From Paracoccaceae bacterium (GTDB lineage: Bacteria > Pseudomonadota > Alphaproteobacteria > Rhodobacterales > Rhodobacteraceae), in the NCBI GenBank assembly GCA_033723355.1, contig JAWVXG010000003.1, positions 64,747 to 128,746 of the forward strand: a DNA stretch of 64,000 nucleotides, read 5' to 3'. Each line of letters begins with the position of its first letter. Positions within the stretch are counted from its first letter, which is position 1. This document shows positions 30,172-38,546 of the stretch, one piece after another. Below the pieces are notes generated by a model. That model had not been told where the DNA came from. It made no database searches and worked only from the letters and a program-made list of their open reading frames with translations. Both the position numbers and the translations under genes were made by a program.

Positions 30172-31449
30172 TCAGCGTTTCATCAGATCCGTGGCAATCG
30201 TCACCAATTGCGCGGCACCTTCCTCCGGGGCAACCTCGCCCAGCATCACCGAACGGATCACCGCGCGCTGATCGCGCCAGATCTTCTCGGACTGCGTGCC
30301 CGCATAGCCATACCAGGCCCCAGCTCGCTCATACTGACTGGACGGTGTCGCGTAATAGGGCTTCTCGGCATAATATCCGCCCAGAAACTCATCCGCGAGC
30401 GATCCGATATTGGTCGGCAGATAGCCGGTGTTGCGCGCCGTGATGTCCTGCCCCTGCGGTCCGGTCAGGAACTTGATGTAATCCCAGGCCGCAGCCGCCT
30501 TGACCAGGTCTTTGGTCGTGATGATGGCCGCATTGCCACCAGTGGGCAGACGCCCTTGCGCATCATTCCAGACCGTGAACTTGACCGAGCGCAGATCAAA
30601 GGCACCGCCAACCCGCTCCTCGATCTGTTTGGCCGAAGCCGGCGAATTGGCATAGATCCCCAGCTTGCCCTCGGTGAACGAGGTCAGTTGCGTGTTCAGA
30701 TCGGTCTCGGGGTTATAGCCCCCCTCCTCGACCATGCGCCGGGCCAGCGTCATCGCCTCCACATGGCGGCCCGCTTCGTCGAAGGCCACCGCATCGCCGG
30801 CGTCGTTCAACATCCGGCCACCCTGCTGTAGGATCAGAACCTGGAACGGCCAGTCATCGCCCCACTGATCGACACCGAACGACAGACCCTCGATGTCATC
30901 ACCCAGAGCGTCGATCCGACCGGCCAGCTCCAGAACCCCGTCCCAATCGGTCGGGAAATCCTCGACCGCGACGCCCACCTGCTCAAGCAGATCGGCGTTG
31001 ACATACCACTGGATCACCGAAGCATTGAACGGCATCCCGTATTGCACGCCATCCACACGCCCCAGATCCAGCATGGCATCGCTGTAATTCGCCTCGACCC
31101 AGCCCGCAGGCTCCTGATCCATCAGGGTCTTGAGATCGACCAGCTGATCGCGGGCCGCCAGCGAACGGGCCAGCGACGGCAGCTGATTGAACGCCTGAAA
31201 CGCGCAATCGGGCAGCGTATCCGTCGCCGAGGCACGGAACAGACGCAGATGCGTATCCGCATAGTTCTGCGCGGGGGCTGCATAGATCACCTCGACCTCG
31301 TCCTGCATGTCGTTGAACATCTTGGCCAGCGGCTCGTGCTGACGTGTCAGGTGGCCGGCATTCGTCAGGCAGGTGATCTGAACCTGGGCCTGCGCCCCGC
31401 CAGCCAGACCCAGAGCGATGAACGCCCCTACAGAGAAGTGTTTCAGCAT
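30172..31449 (-). CDS. extracellular solute-binding protein, family 1
   Basis: Signal MLKHFSVGAFIALGLAGGAQAQ. The ATG at 31449 is preceded by GAGGAAAA. Confidence 0.8.
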   Translation of the reverse strand: MLKHFSVGAFIALGLAGGAQAQVQITCLTNAGHLTRQHEPLAKMFNDMQDEVEVIYAAPAQNYADTHLRLFRASATDTLPDCAFQAFNQLPSLARSLAARDQLVDLKTLMDQEPAGWVEANYSDAMLDLGRVDGVQYGMPFNASVIQWYVNADLLEQVGVAVEDFPTDWDGVLELAGRIDALGDDIEGLSFGVDQWGDDWPFQVLILQQGGRMLNDAGDAVAFDEAGRHVEAMTLARRMVEEGGYNPETDLNTQLTSFTEGKLGIYANSPASAKQIEERVGGAFDLRSVKFTVWNDAQGRLPTGGNAAIITTKDLVKAAAAWDYIKFLTGPQGQDITARNTGYLPTNIGSLADEFLGGYYAEKPYYATPSSQYERAGAWYGYAGTQSEKIWRDQRAVIRSVMLGEVAPEEGAAQLVTIATDLMKR

Positions 31450-31684
31450 CGGAGTTTTCCTCATCTCGACATGTTCTGACCCAGCCTCAGGCCGATGGCA
31501 TTCATGGCCTGCCCGGTCGCGCGGTTGAGGAGTGCCTGCCAAAGGTAACGGTTTGACTGCGGTTGCATGAACATATTGAAACGGAAGTTTTTCACTTTTG
31601 AAACAATACCTTGACGCGGCAGATCGTCACGCGAACGTCATATTCCTTGTCTAGGCGGCCGCCAGACAGCAAAGGAACGACCAC

Positions 31685-32455
31685 ATGAAAATCATTCAGA
31701 TCACCGACACGCATCTTGTTCCTCCGGGGCAACTTCTGCACGGGCTTGACCCTTCGGCGCGGCTGCGCAAGGTGCTGGATCACGTCCGGGACACCCGTGC
31801 CGATGCGGATCTTCTGGTGTTCACCGGCGACATCGCCAATGACGGTGCCGAGGAGGCCTATCTCTCTCTCCGGGACATGCTGTCGGACATCCCGCTTCCG
31901 GTGCGTTTCATGCTGGGCAACCACGACCGCCGCGCCTCATTCCGCAAGATCTTCCCCGAGGCCGAGGTGGATGGCGCAGGCTTTGTGCAATCCGCCCTCG
32001 CAACAAGGGACGGGCGCGACCTGCTGGTTTTCCTCGACAGTCTGCACGAAGGGCAGATCGGCGGGCGGTTCTGCGATCAAAGGGCGGACTGGCTGCGCGA
32101 CACACTGGCCCAAACGCCAAAACTCCCGGTCACGGTCTTTGTCCATCACCCGCCGGTGGCCCATGGAATGCGCCATTTCGACAACACCGGCTTTCACGAT
32201 GCGGACACTCTGATGCAGGTTCTGCGGGCGCATCCCGGTGGGGTCCGGCACATCTTCTTTGGCCATATCCACATCCCGCTGAACGGTGTGACACGCGACG
32301 GCATCGGGTTCTCGGCAGGACGCGGATGCAACCACCAATTCGTGCAGGAATTCGACAACCCGGCACCGCCCTGGGCTGCCGGTCCTCTGAACTATACGAT
32401 CATCACGATCCGCGAGGATGGTGTCTTCGCCCAAGCGATCAGAGGGGTCGTTTGA
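31685..32455 (+). CDS. metallophosphoesterase (GpdQ-like phosphodiesterase), 3' end possibly altered by the island junction
   Basis: ITDTHL, GDIAND, GNHD, VHHPP, GHIHIP. Paralogue of 19149..19988 but ends earlier, exactly where the IS-derived sequence starts. Confidence 0.75.
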   Translation: MKIIQITDTHLVPPGQLLHGLDPSARLRKVLDHVRDTRADADLLVFTGDIANDGAEEAYLSLRDMLSDIPLPVRFMLGNHDRRASFRKIFPEAEVDGAGFVQSALATRDGRDLLVFLDSLHEGQIGGRFCDQRADWLRDTLAQTPKLPVTVFVHHPPVAHGMRHFDNTGFHDADTLMQVLRAHPGGVRHIFFGHIHIPLNGVTRDGIGFSAGRGCNHQFVQEFDNPAPPWAAGPLNYTIITIREDGVFAQAIRGVV

Positions 32456-32865
32456 TCGGCCGGACCAAGGGCGGCATGAACACCAAACTGCACGCCGTTA
32501 CCGATGCCGATGGACGTCCAATCCGCTTCTTCATGACCGCAGGCCAGGTCAGCGACTACACGGGGGCTGCGGCCCTGCTGGATAGCTTGCCATCCGCAGA
32601 ATGGCTGCTTGCCGACCGCGGCTATGATGCCGACTGGTTCAGAGATGCGTTAAAAGACAAGGGGATAAAGCCCTGCATCCCGGGCCGGAAGTCGCGCGGC
32701 AAGCCTGTCAAATACGATAAGCGCCGCTACAAACGCCGCAACAGGATCGAGATCATGTTCGGCCGCCTGAAGGACTGGCGCAGGGTTGCCACGCGCTACG
32801 ACAGGTGCCCGAAGGTCTTCCTCTCCGCCGTCGCCCTCGCCGCAACCGTCATGTTCTGGCTATGA
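32455..32865 (+). pseudogene. IS5-family (IS427-group-like) transposase, C-terminal DDE fragment only
   Basis: GRTKGGMNTKLHAVTDADGRPI ... LLADRGYDADWFRDAL ... YKRRNRIEIMFGRLKDWRRVATRYDR matches the C-terminal two thirds of OrfB-type IS5 transposases. The N-terminal DNA-binding part is absent. Confidence 0.75.
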
Positions 32866-33073
32866 CGAGAGAATGAGCCTGACCATAGTCAGATGGATTT
32901 GTTACGCACACATTCGCGCATGGGAGGAAACCTCGGTTCTCAGGCGCGCTCTCTGGTGTTGAGTGGTTGAGGCCAAGTCGGCAGTTAAACGTCTGCTTCT
33001 GCCGTCGGTCATTGGAGCCTTCGCACCCGTGGCGACCGTCCGCTTCCCGCTTAAGAAGGCTCTCAGGCCAAAT

Positions 33074-34021
33074 TCAGACCGGTTCGAATATTCCGAAGTT
33101 AGGAAGGTACCGATAGATTTCTTTAAACTGTCCCCTGTCTCGCTCCTTCAGCCATTCAATTTCAGGAATCCCGTCCGATGGCATTAGCCTCTCAAGTTTC
33201 GAAACCTCGAAAGGCGTAAGCTTCGGTATCTTAATAACGAATGCATCATCCGCATTCCTGTAGTAAATTAGCTGATCTAAACAACAGCCATCAAATGCAT
33301 CCTGCTCGTTGCGTTTGTATATAACCCACCCAACAGTCGCCATTGCTGCGCCATCACGATATCTGAAATAGCAAACCTGGGAGCAAATTCTTTGCTCGTC
33401 ATATGGCTTAGTTGCATCAGAATCATGCAGGGCACGCTCTAATGCCGCCCCTAGCGCTTCCCGCCCAAGATCAGAGTATTTTTTCCCAGAAAAGTCCTCT
33501 GGCTTTGAATCTTCGCCCACAAAATCAGGGAACTCTTCTCGAAGCCGATCCATTTCTTTGCCTGAACCAACTGTATCTGGAGGAATCCCACTGGCAAAAG
33601 AGACACAAAGGAAAGAGCCACTCTTGAGCCTCGCCCCAAGCGATGTGATGTCCGCTGCCATGTTTGCCGATAGCCGATCATCGTAATCAAGCCAGCAGAT
33701 CGACCTCCGCTCGTAGCTGAGCTTCGGAATGACATCCCAAGTATATCCGAACTCCATCTTAATACAGGCAAGCGGAGAATTCTGTCGAAAACGCTCCCGC
33801 GCGGCTTCGTCCTCCGTCGCCTCAATACTTACCATGTCGCAAATACCTAGACCACGATGGAACATGCGATGATCAATGAAACCAATTGAGCCCATGCCAA
33901 TATAAGAATACTGATCCACGTGATCGAACCTCAGTCTGCCAACGAGCTCGACTAGCATTTGCCTTTCCGCATGCTTCGCCGGGCGAAGCCTGTAATCGAT
34001 GCTTTCAAAGCTCCCCGTCAA
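33074..34021 (-). CDS. hypothetical protein, coupled partner of the GHKL ATPase (possible Rossmann/methyltransferase-like fold)
   Basis: 4-nt overlap with the upstream ATPase gene. YIGMGSIGFID ... MVSIEATED ... ICWLDYDD resembles the beta1, beta2 and beta4 motifs of class I SAM enzymes. This similarity is weak. Confidence 0.5.
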   Translation of the reverse strand: MTGSFESIDYRLRPAKHAERQMLVELVGRLRFDHVDQYSYIGMGSIGFIDHRMFHRGLGICDMVSIEATEDEAARERFRQNSPLACIKMEFGYTWDVIPKLSYERRSICWLDYDDRLSANMAADITSLGARLKSGSFLCVSFASGIPPDTVGSGKEMDRLREEFPDFVGEDSKPEDFSGKKYSDLGREALGAALERALHDSDATKPYDEQRICSQVCYFRYRDGAAMATVGWVIYKRNEQDAFDGCCLDQLIYYRNADDAFVIKIPKLTPFEVSKLERLMPSDGIPEIEWLKERDRGQFKEIYRYLPNFGIFEPV

Positions 34022-35403
34022 AGATCGTCCTCCTCAACAAGACGAGAAAATGCGAACTCAAAAGATTTGACGCCGACCTCTTTTGCGCTGCTCGCGCCGA
34101 GCGCAGTTTGAAGAGATGCTATTTCTGGCTCAGGTTTCTTGTAGGCAATATTCTTAAGTACCGGACCTCTCTTTACCGTAGCTTTTTGATAGGAGAATGT
34201 CTGCTGTACGGCCATCTTCGAAATCGGCGTGAGCGGCGCTTTTTGTAGAACACGCGAGATCACTTGATCTTCTGGAGAGAAATCCTTCTCGCTATCGAGT
34301 TCATTGAGAAAGTTAATAACAGGGCGAGCTATTTCCACAAGCCTTTGCCGAAGTCTGACAAAATCTGGGTGGTCAAAATCCAAATCTGTTTTTGTTGTAT
34401 TCCATGGAAGTCGATCCGGATCGTTGGAATCAAGAAATGCGTAGCCTCTAAATCTAGTAAACTGATTGTGGAATTTTGGCACGGACACCCCACCGGCACC
34501 AGGAAGATCACCCCAACCGGTTGTCGAACTTTGGTCTGCTGAAACAATGCATCTACCGTTGCAGAAAACATACCAGCCCGCTGCAGCCGGAGCAGATGGT
34601 CCAACTCCAGCATATATGCGACTTTTTAGAAGGCTCGCGCCACCTTCATCTTCGTAGACTTGATAGAATGGTGTGAGCTGCTCACTGGATGCGAGCTGCC
34701 ATGCAGGAGAGATAATTGCATCACCATTAACTCGGATGCTAAGACCGTTTCTGATAAAGTGCTGCTGAGACGTTTTGATCTCATGCACTACCCGATCATT
34801 AAAAAACTTTGTCGAAAAAAGACTGGAAACACCGGAATACAGTTTATTGACTGTGATTTTCGTGCCGGTACCCTCAACTCCTATCTCTTTCGTCTCCAAA
34901 CTTGATATCCTAAAATCCCAGTGCGGATCGGATATCCAAGCAGGTACATCAACCGATATCTCGTAGCTATCGCTCTGCGTCGTGGTCTCAACCTTGAAGT
35001 TCGCCCCCATTTTGAATAGAGATCGCTTCATCCCAACGCCAAATTGACCTACAGAACCGGGGGTGCCGTCAAATCCTTGGTCGCGGCCAAACTTGAACGC
35101 GTATTTCCTTGCAATATCCAGATCAATTCCGCCGCAATTATCTTCTATCGAAAAGCGTTCGGCGCTAAATTGAAGGTCTATCCACAATCCGTCGTACAGG
35201 CCCCCCCCGTCGCCAGCTTCGGAACTGCCGCGCAACCTCTTGGCGCCGTCGACGCAGTTGTCTACAAGGTCGGCGATGGCGTCCTCCAGACTCAGGTCTC
35301 TTGTGATGACCGAGCAGAAGAAGGCCTTTGTGGGGCTTGCATCAACGGATAGCGGGTCGCGCTCCGCCCCTTCCGCTCTGAGCTTGTTTCCGTCGTTCGT
35401 CAC
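34018..35403 (-). CDS. GHKL-superfamily ATPase (HATPase_c_3 / MORC-paraMORC-like)
   Basis: N-box DAIADLVDNCVDGAKR, G1 box IEDNCGGID, G2 box GSVGQFGVGMKRS. Confidence 0.8.
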   Translation of the reverse strand: MTNDGNKLRAEGAERDPLSVDASPTKAFFCSVITRDLSLEDAIADLVDNCVDGAKRLRGSSEAGDGGGLYDGLWIDLQFSAERFSIEDNCGGIDLDIARKYAFKFGRDQGFDGTPGSVGQFGVGMKRSLFKMGANFKVETTTQSDSYEISVDVPAWISDPHWDFRISSLETKEIGVEGTGTKITVNKLYSGVSSLFSTKFFNDRVVHEIKTSQQHFIRNGLSIRVNGDAIISPAWQLASSEQLTPFYQVYEDEGGASLLKSRIYAGVGPSAPAAAGWYVFCNGRCIVSADQSSTTGWGDLPGAGGVSVPKFHNQFTRFRGYAFLDSNDPDRLPWNTTKTDLDFDHPDFVRLRQRLVEIARPVINFLNELDSEKDFSPEDQVISRVLQKAPLTPISKMAVQQTFSYQKATVKRGPVLKNIAYKKPEPEIASLQTALGASSAKEVGVKSFEFAFSRLVEEDDL

Positions 35404-35483
35404 GTGAAATCCTCTTCATACCTGCTCGCTAAAACGCGCGCACCCAACTCGACTTACATACTGCTACATGCTATCGGGCGACA

Positions 35484-36602
35484 ATGAAAATGGAAAACAA
35501 TCGCGTAGTTGACCTGTTCTGTGGATGTTCAGGGCTTGGCCTAGGCGCCCGTCAGGCTGGCTTCGAGATTGCGCTTTCGATCGACATCGACCCCATCTTG
35601 ACCAGTTCCCACAGCAAGAACTTCCCCGGTGAAAGCGTTCACCTGGGAGATGTCGCGTCCATGAGCGGAAGCGAGCTGAAAAAGCTGGCTGGCGGCCCGA
35701 TCAATGGCATAGTGGGCGGGCCGCCGTGCCAAGGGTTTAGCTCCATGGGTAAATCTGACCCAAGTGACGTTAGACGGTCGCTGCTCGGCCATTTTTTTCG
35801 GATCATCTCCGAAGTGGAACCCGATTTCTTCCTGATGGAGAATGTTAAGGGACTGTTGGATCGACGCAACGTCGGTGAACTCGAGGCAGCTTTGGATCAG
35901 GTGAGAGATCGGTATAGCATTGCCGGTCCACATGTATTCAATGCAAAGGATTTTGGCGCAGCGACTAATCGGCCAAGAGTTTTCGTTCTGGGGCTAAAAA
36001 ATGGTGGATCAGAGCGTTTCTTGTCATGCATAGAAGCTAGAAAAAAGCCAGCAATCTCCGTTCGAGACGCAATCGAAGACCTTATTGGCGCAGAGCTTAT
36101 CTCTGATCGCAAATCGGAGATTGACTGGTGGCGAATAGAAGAAGGTGCTCGATTCAGCGAATACTCAAAGACAATGAGGGCTGAAGATGGTATTACGAGC
36201 GGGTTGAGAACTGTGCCCCATAGAGATGAGGTTGCTCAGAGATTCGCATCCGTGTTACCTGGCAAGGTGGATAAGATTGGTAGGCATTATAAGCTCGACT
36301 GGAATGGTCAGTGCCCCACTCTTCGCGCCGGCACTGGCCCGGACAAAGGATCATTTCAATCAGTACGTCCGCTGCATCCAGAACTGCCGCGTGTGATCAA
36401 TGTCCGTGAAGCCGCTCGGCTCCAAGGATTTCCTGATTGGTTCCAGTTTCATGGAACTTCTTGGCACAGCTTTAGAATGATCGGAAATAGTGTATCCCCT
36501 ATCATCTCACGCGAGATTTTTCTAGCCCTGATTGATGCAGGAATTGCAATCTGTGAGCCGCGGCCAAACTGGTCGCCTTATGCATGCACAGTACTGTTAT
36601 AG
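35484..36602 (+). CDS. dcm: DNA (cytosine-5)-methyltransferase
   Basis: Motif I DLFCGCSGLGLG, IV GGPPCQGFS, VI LMENVKGL, VIII TNRPRVFVLG, IX AARLQGFPDWF, X GNSVSP. Confidence 0.92.
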   Translation: MKMENNRVVDLFCGCSGLGLGARQAGFEIALSIDIDPILTSSHSKNFPGESVHLGDVASMSGSELKKLAGGPINGIVGGPPCQGFSSMGKSDPSDVRRSLLGHFFRIISEVEPDFFLMENVKGLLDRRNVGELEAALDQVRDRYSIAGPHVFNAKDFGAATNRPRVFVLGLKNGGSERFLSCIEARKKPAISVRDAIEDLIGAELISDRKSEIDWWRIEEGARFSEYSKTMRAEDGITSGLRTVPHRDEVAQRFASVLPGKVDKIGRHYKLDWNGQCPTLRAGTGPDKGSFQSVRPLHPELPRVINVREAARLQGFPDWFQFHGTSWHSFRMIGNSVSPIISREIFLALIDAGIAICEPRPNWSPYACTVLL

Positions 36603-37322
36603 CTTATGGCTCATTAAAACGCCGCTTTCAAAGGTTAACTCTTGGCACCATTAAGACATCGACGGGCATCGCATGACGAGAGCCATTGTGTTTGGATATC
36701 TTTAATGCATATTAGGTCGGAATTCGAACGGTTCTTGGGGGTGAGATCAGCTCTGCGGTTTGTGCTTATAGGGTGATCTTAGATACCAATTTTGGTGATT
36801 CGCGATTTTGATCGGTCGAATTCACATTCGGCGCACGGATCTCCCAGTCAAGTTCGGTGCCACGAATAGCGGCTTTCCGCCCTTCAAGTAGATTGTGCAC
36901 CGCAGCCCAATACGAGGTTCAGAATGCAACTTTGATTGCTATGTGATGCGTTTGGATGTCAGTTCCAGCTGAAACACCGAGACCCGCGTCGAGAAGCGAT
37001 TTTTAATCCAAATATTTTTACTACCAATCAATAACTTATAAACTCTTCACCAAATCGGCCCAGTCATCAGGTGTAGAGAATTTTGCAGCCTAGAGAACGT
37101 TTGTCAGCTGATGCTCGTCAAGTCAGGTGATCAGCCAAACATGCATAACTCTCTAAAACCACGGGAAAATCCGGGGGCCTCTAAACGGAGAGAATGTTTT
37201 CACCGGGGCAACTGGCGGAGGGGATGACTCTAATTCCCAACCCTCTCCCGTGCCGGTGTCCGCCTCGGCGTGATGGTTGCGAAACTCTGCGCAAATCTGA
37301 CGGACGTTAAAAAACCAGTTTG

Positions 37323-37640
37323 TCAGCCCGGACCAAAGTCATCCCGAAAGCGATCGATTTGGTGCATGCGTTCATGCAGGATGGTCACGATACCGATGTC
37401 GCCATTCGAGAGATGCCGCCAACAGACGAAATGGCGTTCGTATCGAAAGAAGAACCCTTCGACGCCGAACTCGGCCGGGATGGGCTTTGAAGCGACACCG
37501 TGAGCTGCGATCCTCTCGAAGGCTGCGAACAGGCCAGTGATGTAGGTCTCGGCTTGCGCATCACCCCATCTGTCGCGGGTGTAGCGGTAAATGTCGTCGA
37601 GGCGATGGGACGCCCCTTCCTGAATGCGAATGGCGGGCAC
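37323..37640 (-). CDS. parE: type II toxin, ParE/RelE family
   Basis: 105 aa with the ParE-like signature (RLDDIYRYTRDRWG ... ILHERMH). Lies 4 nt downstream of the antitoxin gene. Confidence 0.8.
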   Translation of the reverse strand: MPAIRIQEGASHRLDDIYRYTRDRWGDAQAETYITGLFAAFERIAAHGVASKPIPAEFGVEGFFFRYERHFVCWRHLSNGDIGIVTILHERMHQIDRFRDDFGPG

Positions 37641-37644
37641 TGGG

Positions 37645-37899
37645 TCAGCCCTGGTTCCGCGCGATCACCTCTGCCGCCGTTAGCGGCTTATACGTCTCCT
37701 CCGGAGCAGCGAAAGCATGGGCCAACTCGGCCTTCAACCGATTGAAGGCCTCCGCCTCAACCCGCTCCTTGTCACGTCGGATCAGGTCGCGGATGTACTC
37801 GCTGACGCTCTCATAGGACCCGTCATCGCCAACATTGGCCGAGACGAAGTCGCTCAAGGCTCCACCGATGCGGACGGTCATTGTGGTCGTTCGGGACAT
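37645..37899 (-). CDS. parD: type II antitoxin, ParD/CopG ribbon-helix-helix family
   Basis: 84 aa with YESVSEYIRDLIRRDKER, typical of ParD-like RHH antitoxins. Confidence 0.8.
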   Translation of the reverse strand: MSRTTTMTVRIGGALSDFVSANVGDDGSYESVSEYIRDLIRRDKERVEAEAFNRLKAELAHAFAAPEETYKPLTAAEVIARNQG

Positions 37900-37982
37900 G
37901 GCGCGGCACCCCTCATCTCATGTGTGTTCAATATAACCAAAAAAGCACACAAAACAAGCTATCATACCCCGTGCGGACACCA

Positions 37983-38288
37983 CTAGTCGTCTGGCTCTTC
38001 GACAACGTGGCGGCCCGCAAGCGCCAGCAACACGTAAAGCACGGCATCCGAGTGCCGCGTGAGAGCGATCAGATGGTCACCGCTCGGCCCCCGTTCGCCC
38101 GAGAACCAGTATTTCACGGTACGTTCGCTGGCCCCCGTCCAGCGCATGGCCATCTTGATCGCGCGATGTGTTTCGCCCAGTTCCTCGTGCAAAGCCCGCG
38201 CCACCGCTGTTCGATAATCGGCTGGTTCTTCGACTAGGTGCACAAATGTGCCCATTTTCGGCACAACTGTGCCCATCTTCACCCGCAT
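37983..38288 (-). CDS. small HTH protein divergent from the serine recombinase
   Basis: HTH-like segment GASERTVKYWFSGERGPSGDHLIAL. The start is uncertain: ATGs at 38288, 38276 and 38255, with GGAGAAGGA before 38288. Confidence 0.5.
   Translation of the reverse strand: MRVKMGTVVPKMGTFVHLVEEPADYRTAVARALHEELGETHRAIKMAMRWTGASERTVKYWFSGERGPSGDHLIALTRHSDAVLYVLLALAGRHVVEEPDD
38247..38265. promoter_or_regulatory. palindrome TGTGCC-N7-GGCACA within an 18-bp direct repeat pair
   Basis: cacaaatgtgcccatttt (38241-58) and cacaactgtgcccatctt (38262-79) match at 16 of 18 positions, 21 bp apart. They lie in the divergent HTH/recombinase region. Confidence 0.35.
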
Positions 38289-38546
38289 ATCCACGTCCTT
38301 CTCCGTTAAATATCTGAAGAAGCATGAAAACGGCGAGAGCCGGATTTGTCCGTGACGGGTCATCAGACCGCGCCTGACAGATACGATTGATGGGAGAGGG
38401 CCGAGATGGATTGGCGAGTGAACCCGGGCATGCAGGCGAACGGAAAAACAATGCCCGTTTCGGGAAACAAATTTCCGGGCCCGTTCGCGTCAGATCGGAA
38501 AACGAAAGCCAACCCGAGCCGGATCGGCTGAATAGGAAAAAGCAAT

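Noticed and set aside
31576-31604. Two TTGAAAC direct repeats 22 bp apart in the divergent sugar-ABC/phosphodiesterase promoter
   Set aside because: The 7-mers are short, no regulator gene is adjacent, and this could easily be chance. Noted only as a possible operator.
32326-32865. Apparently intact 179-aa ORF for the transposase
   Set aside because: The first 43 or so codons are an out-of-frame read through the phosphodiesterase gene. Only the part from about 32455 onward resembles a transposase, so I call it a fragment.
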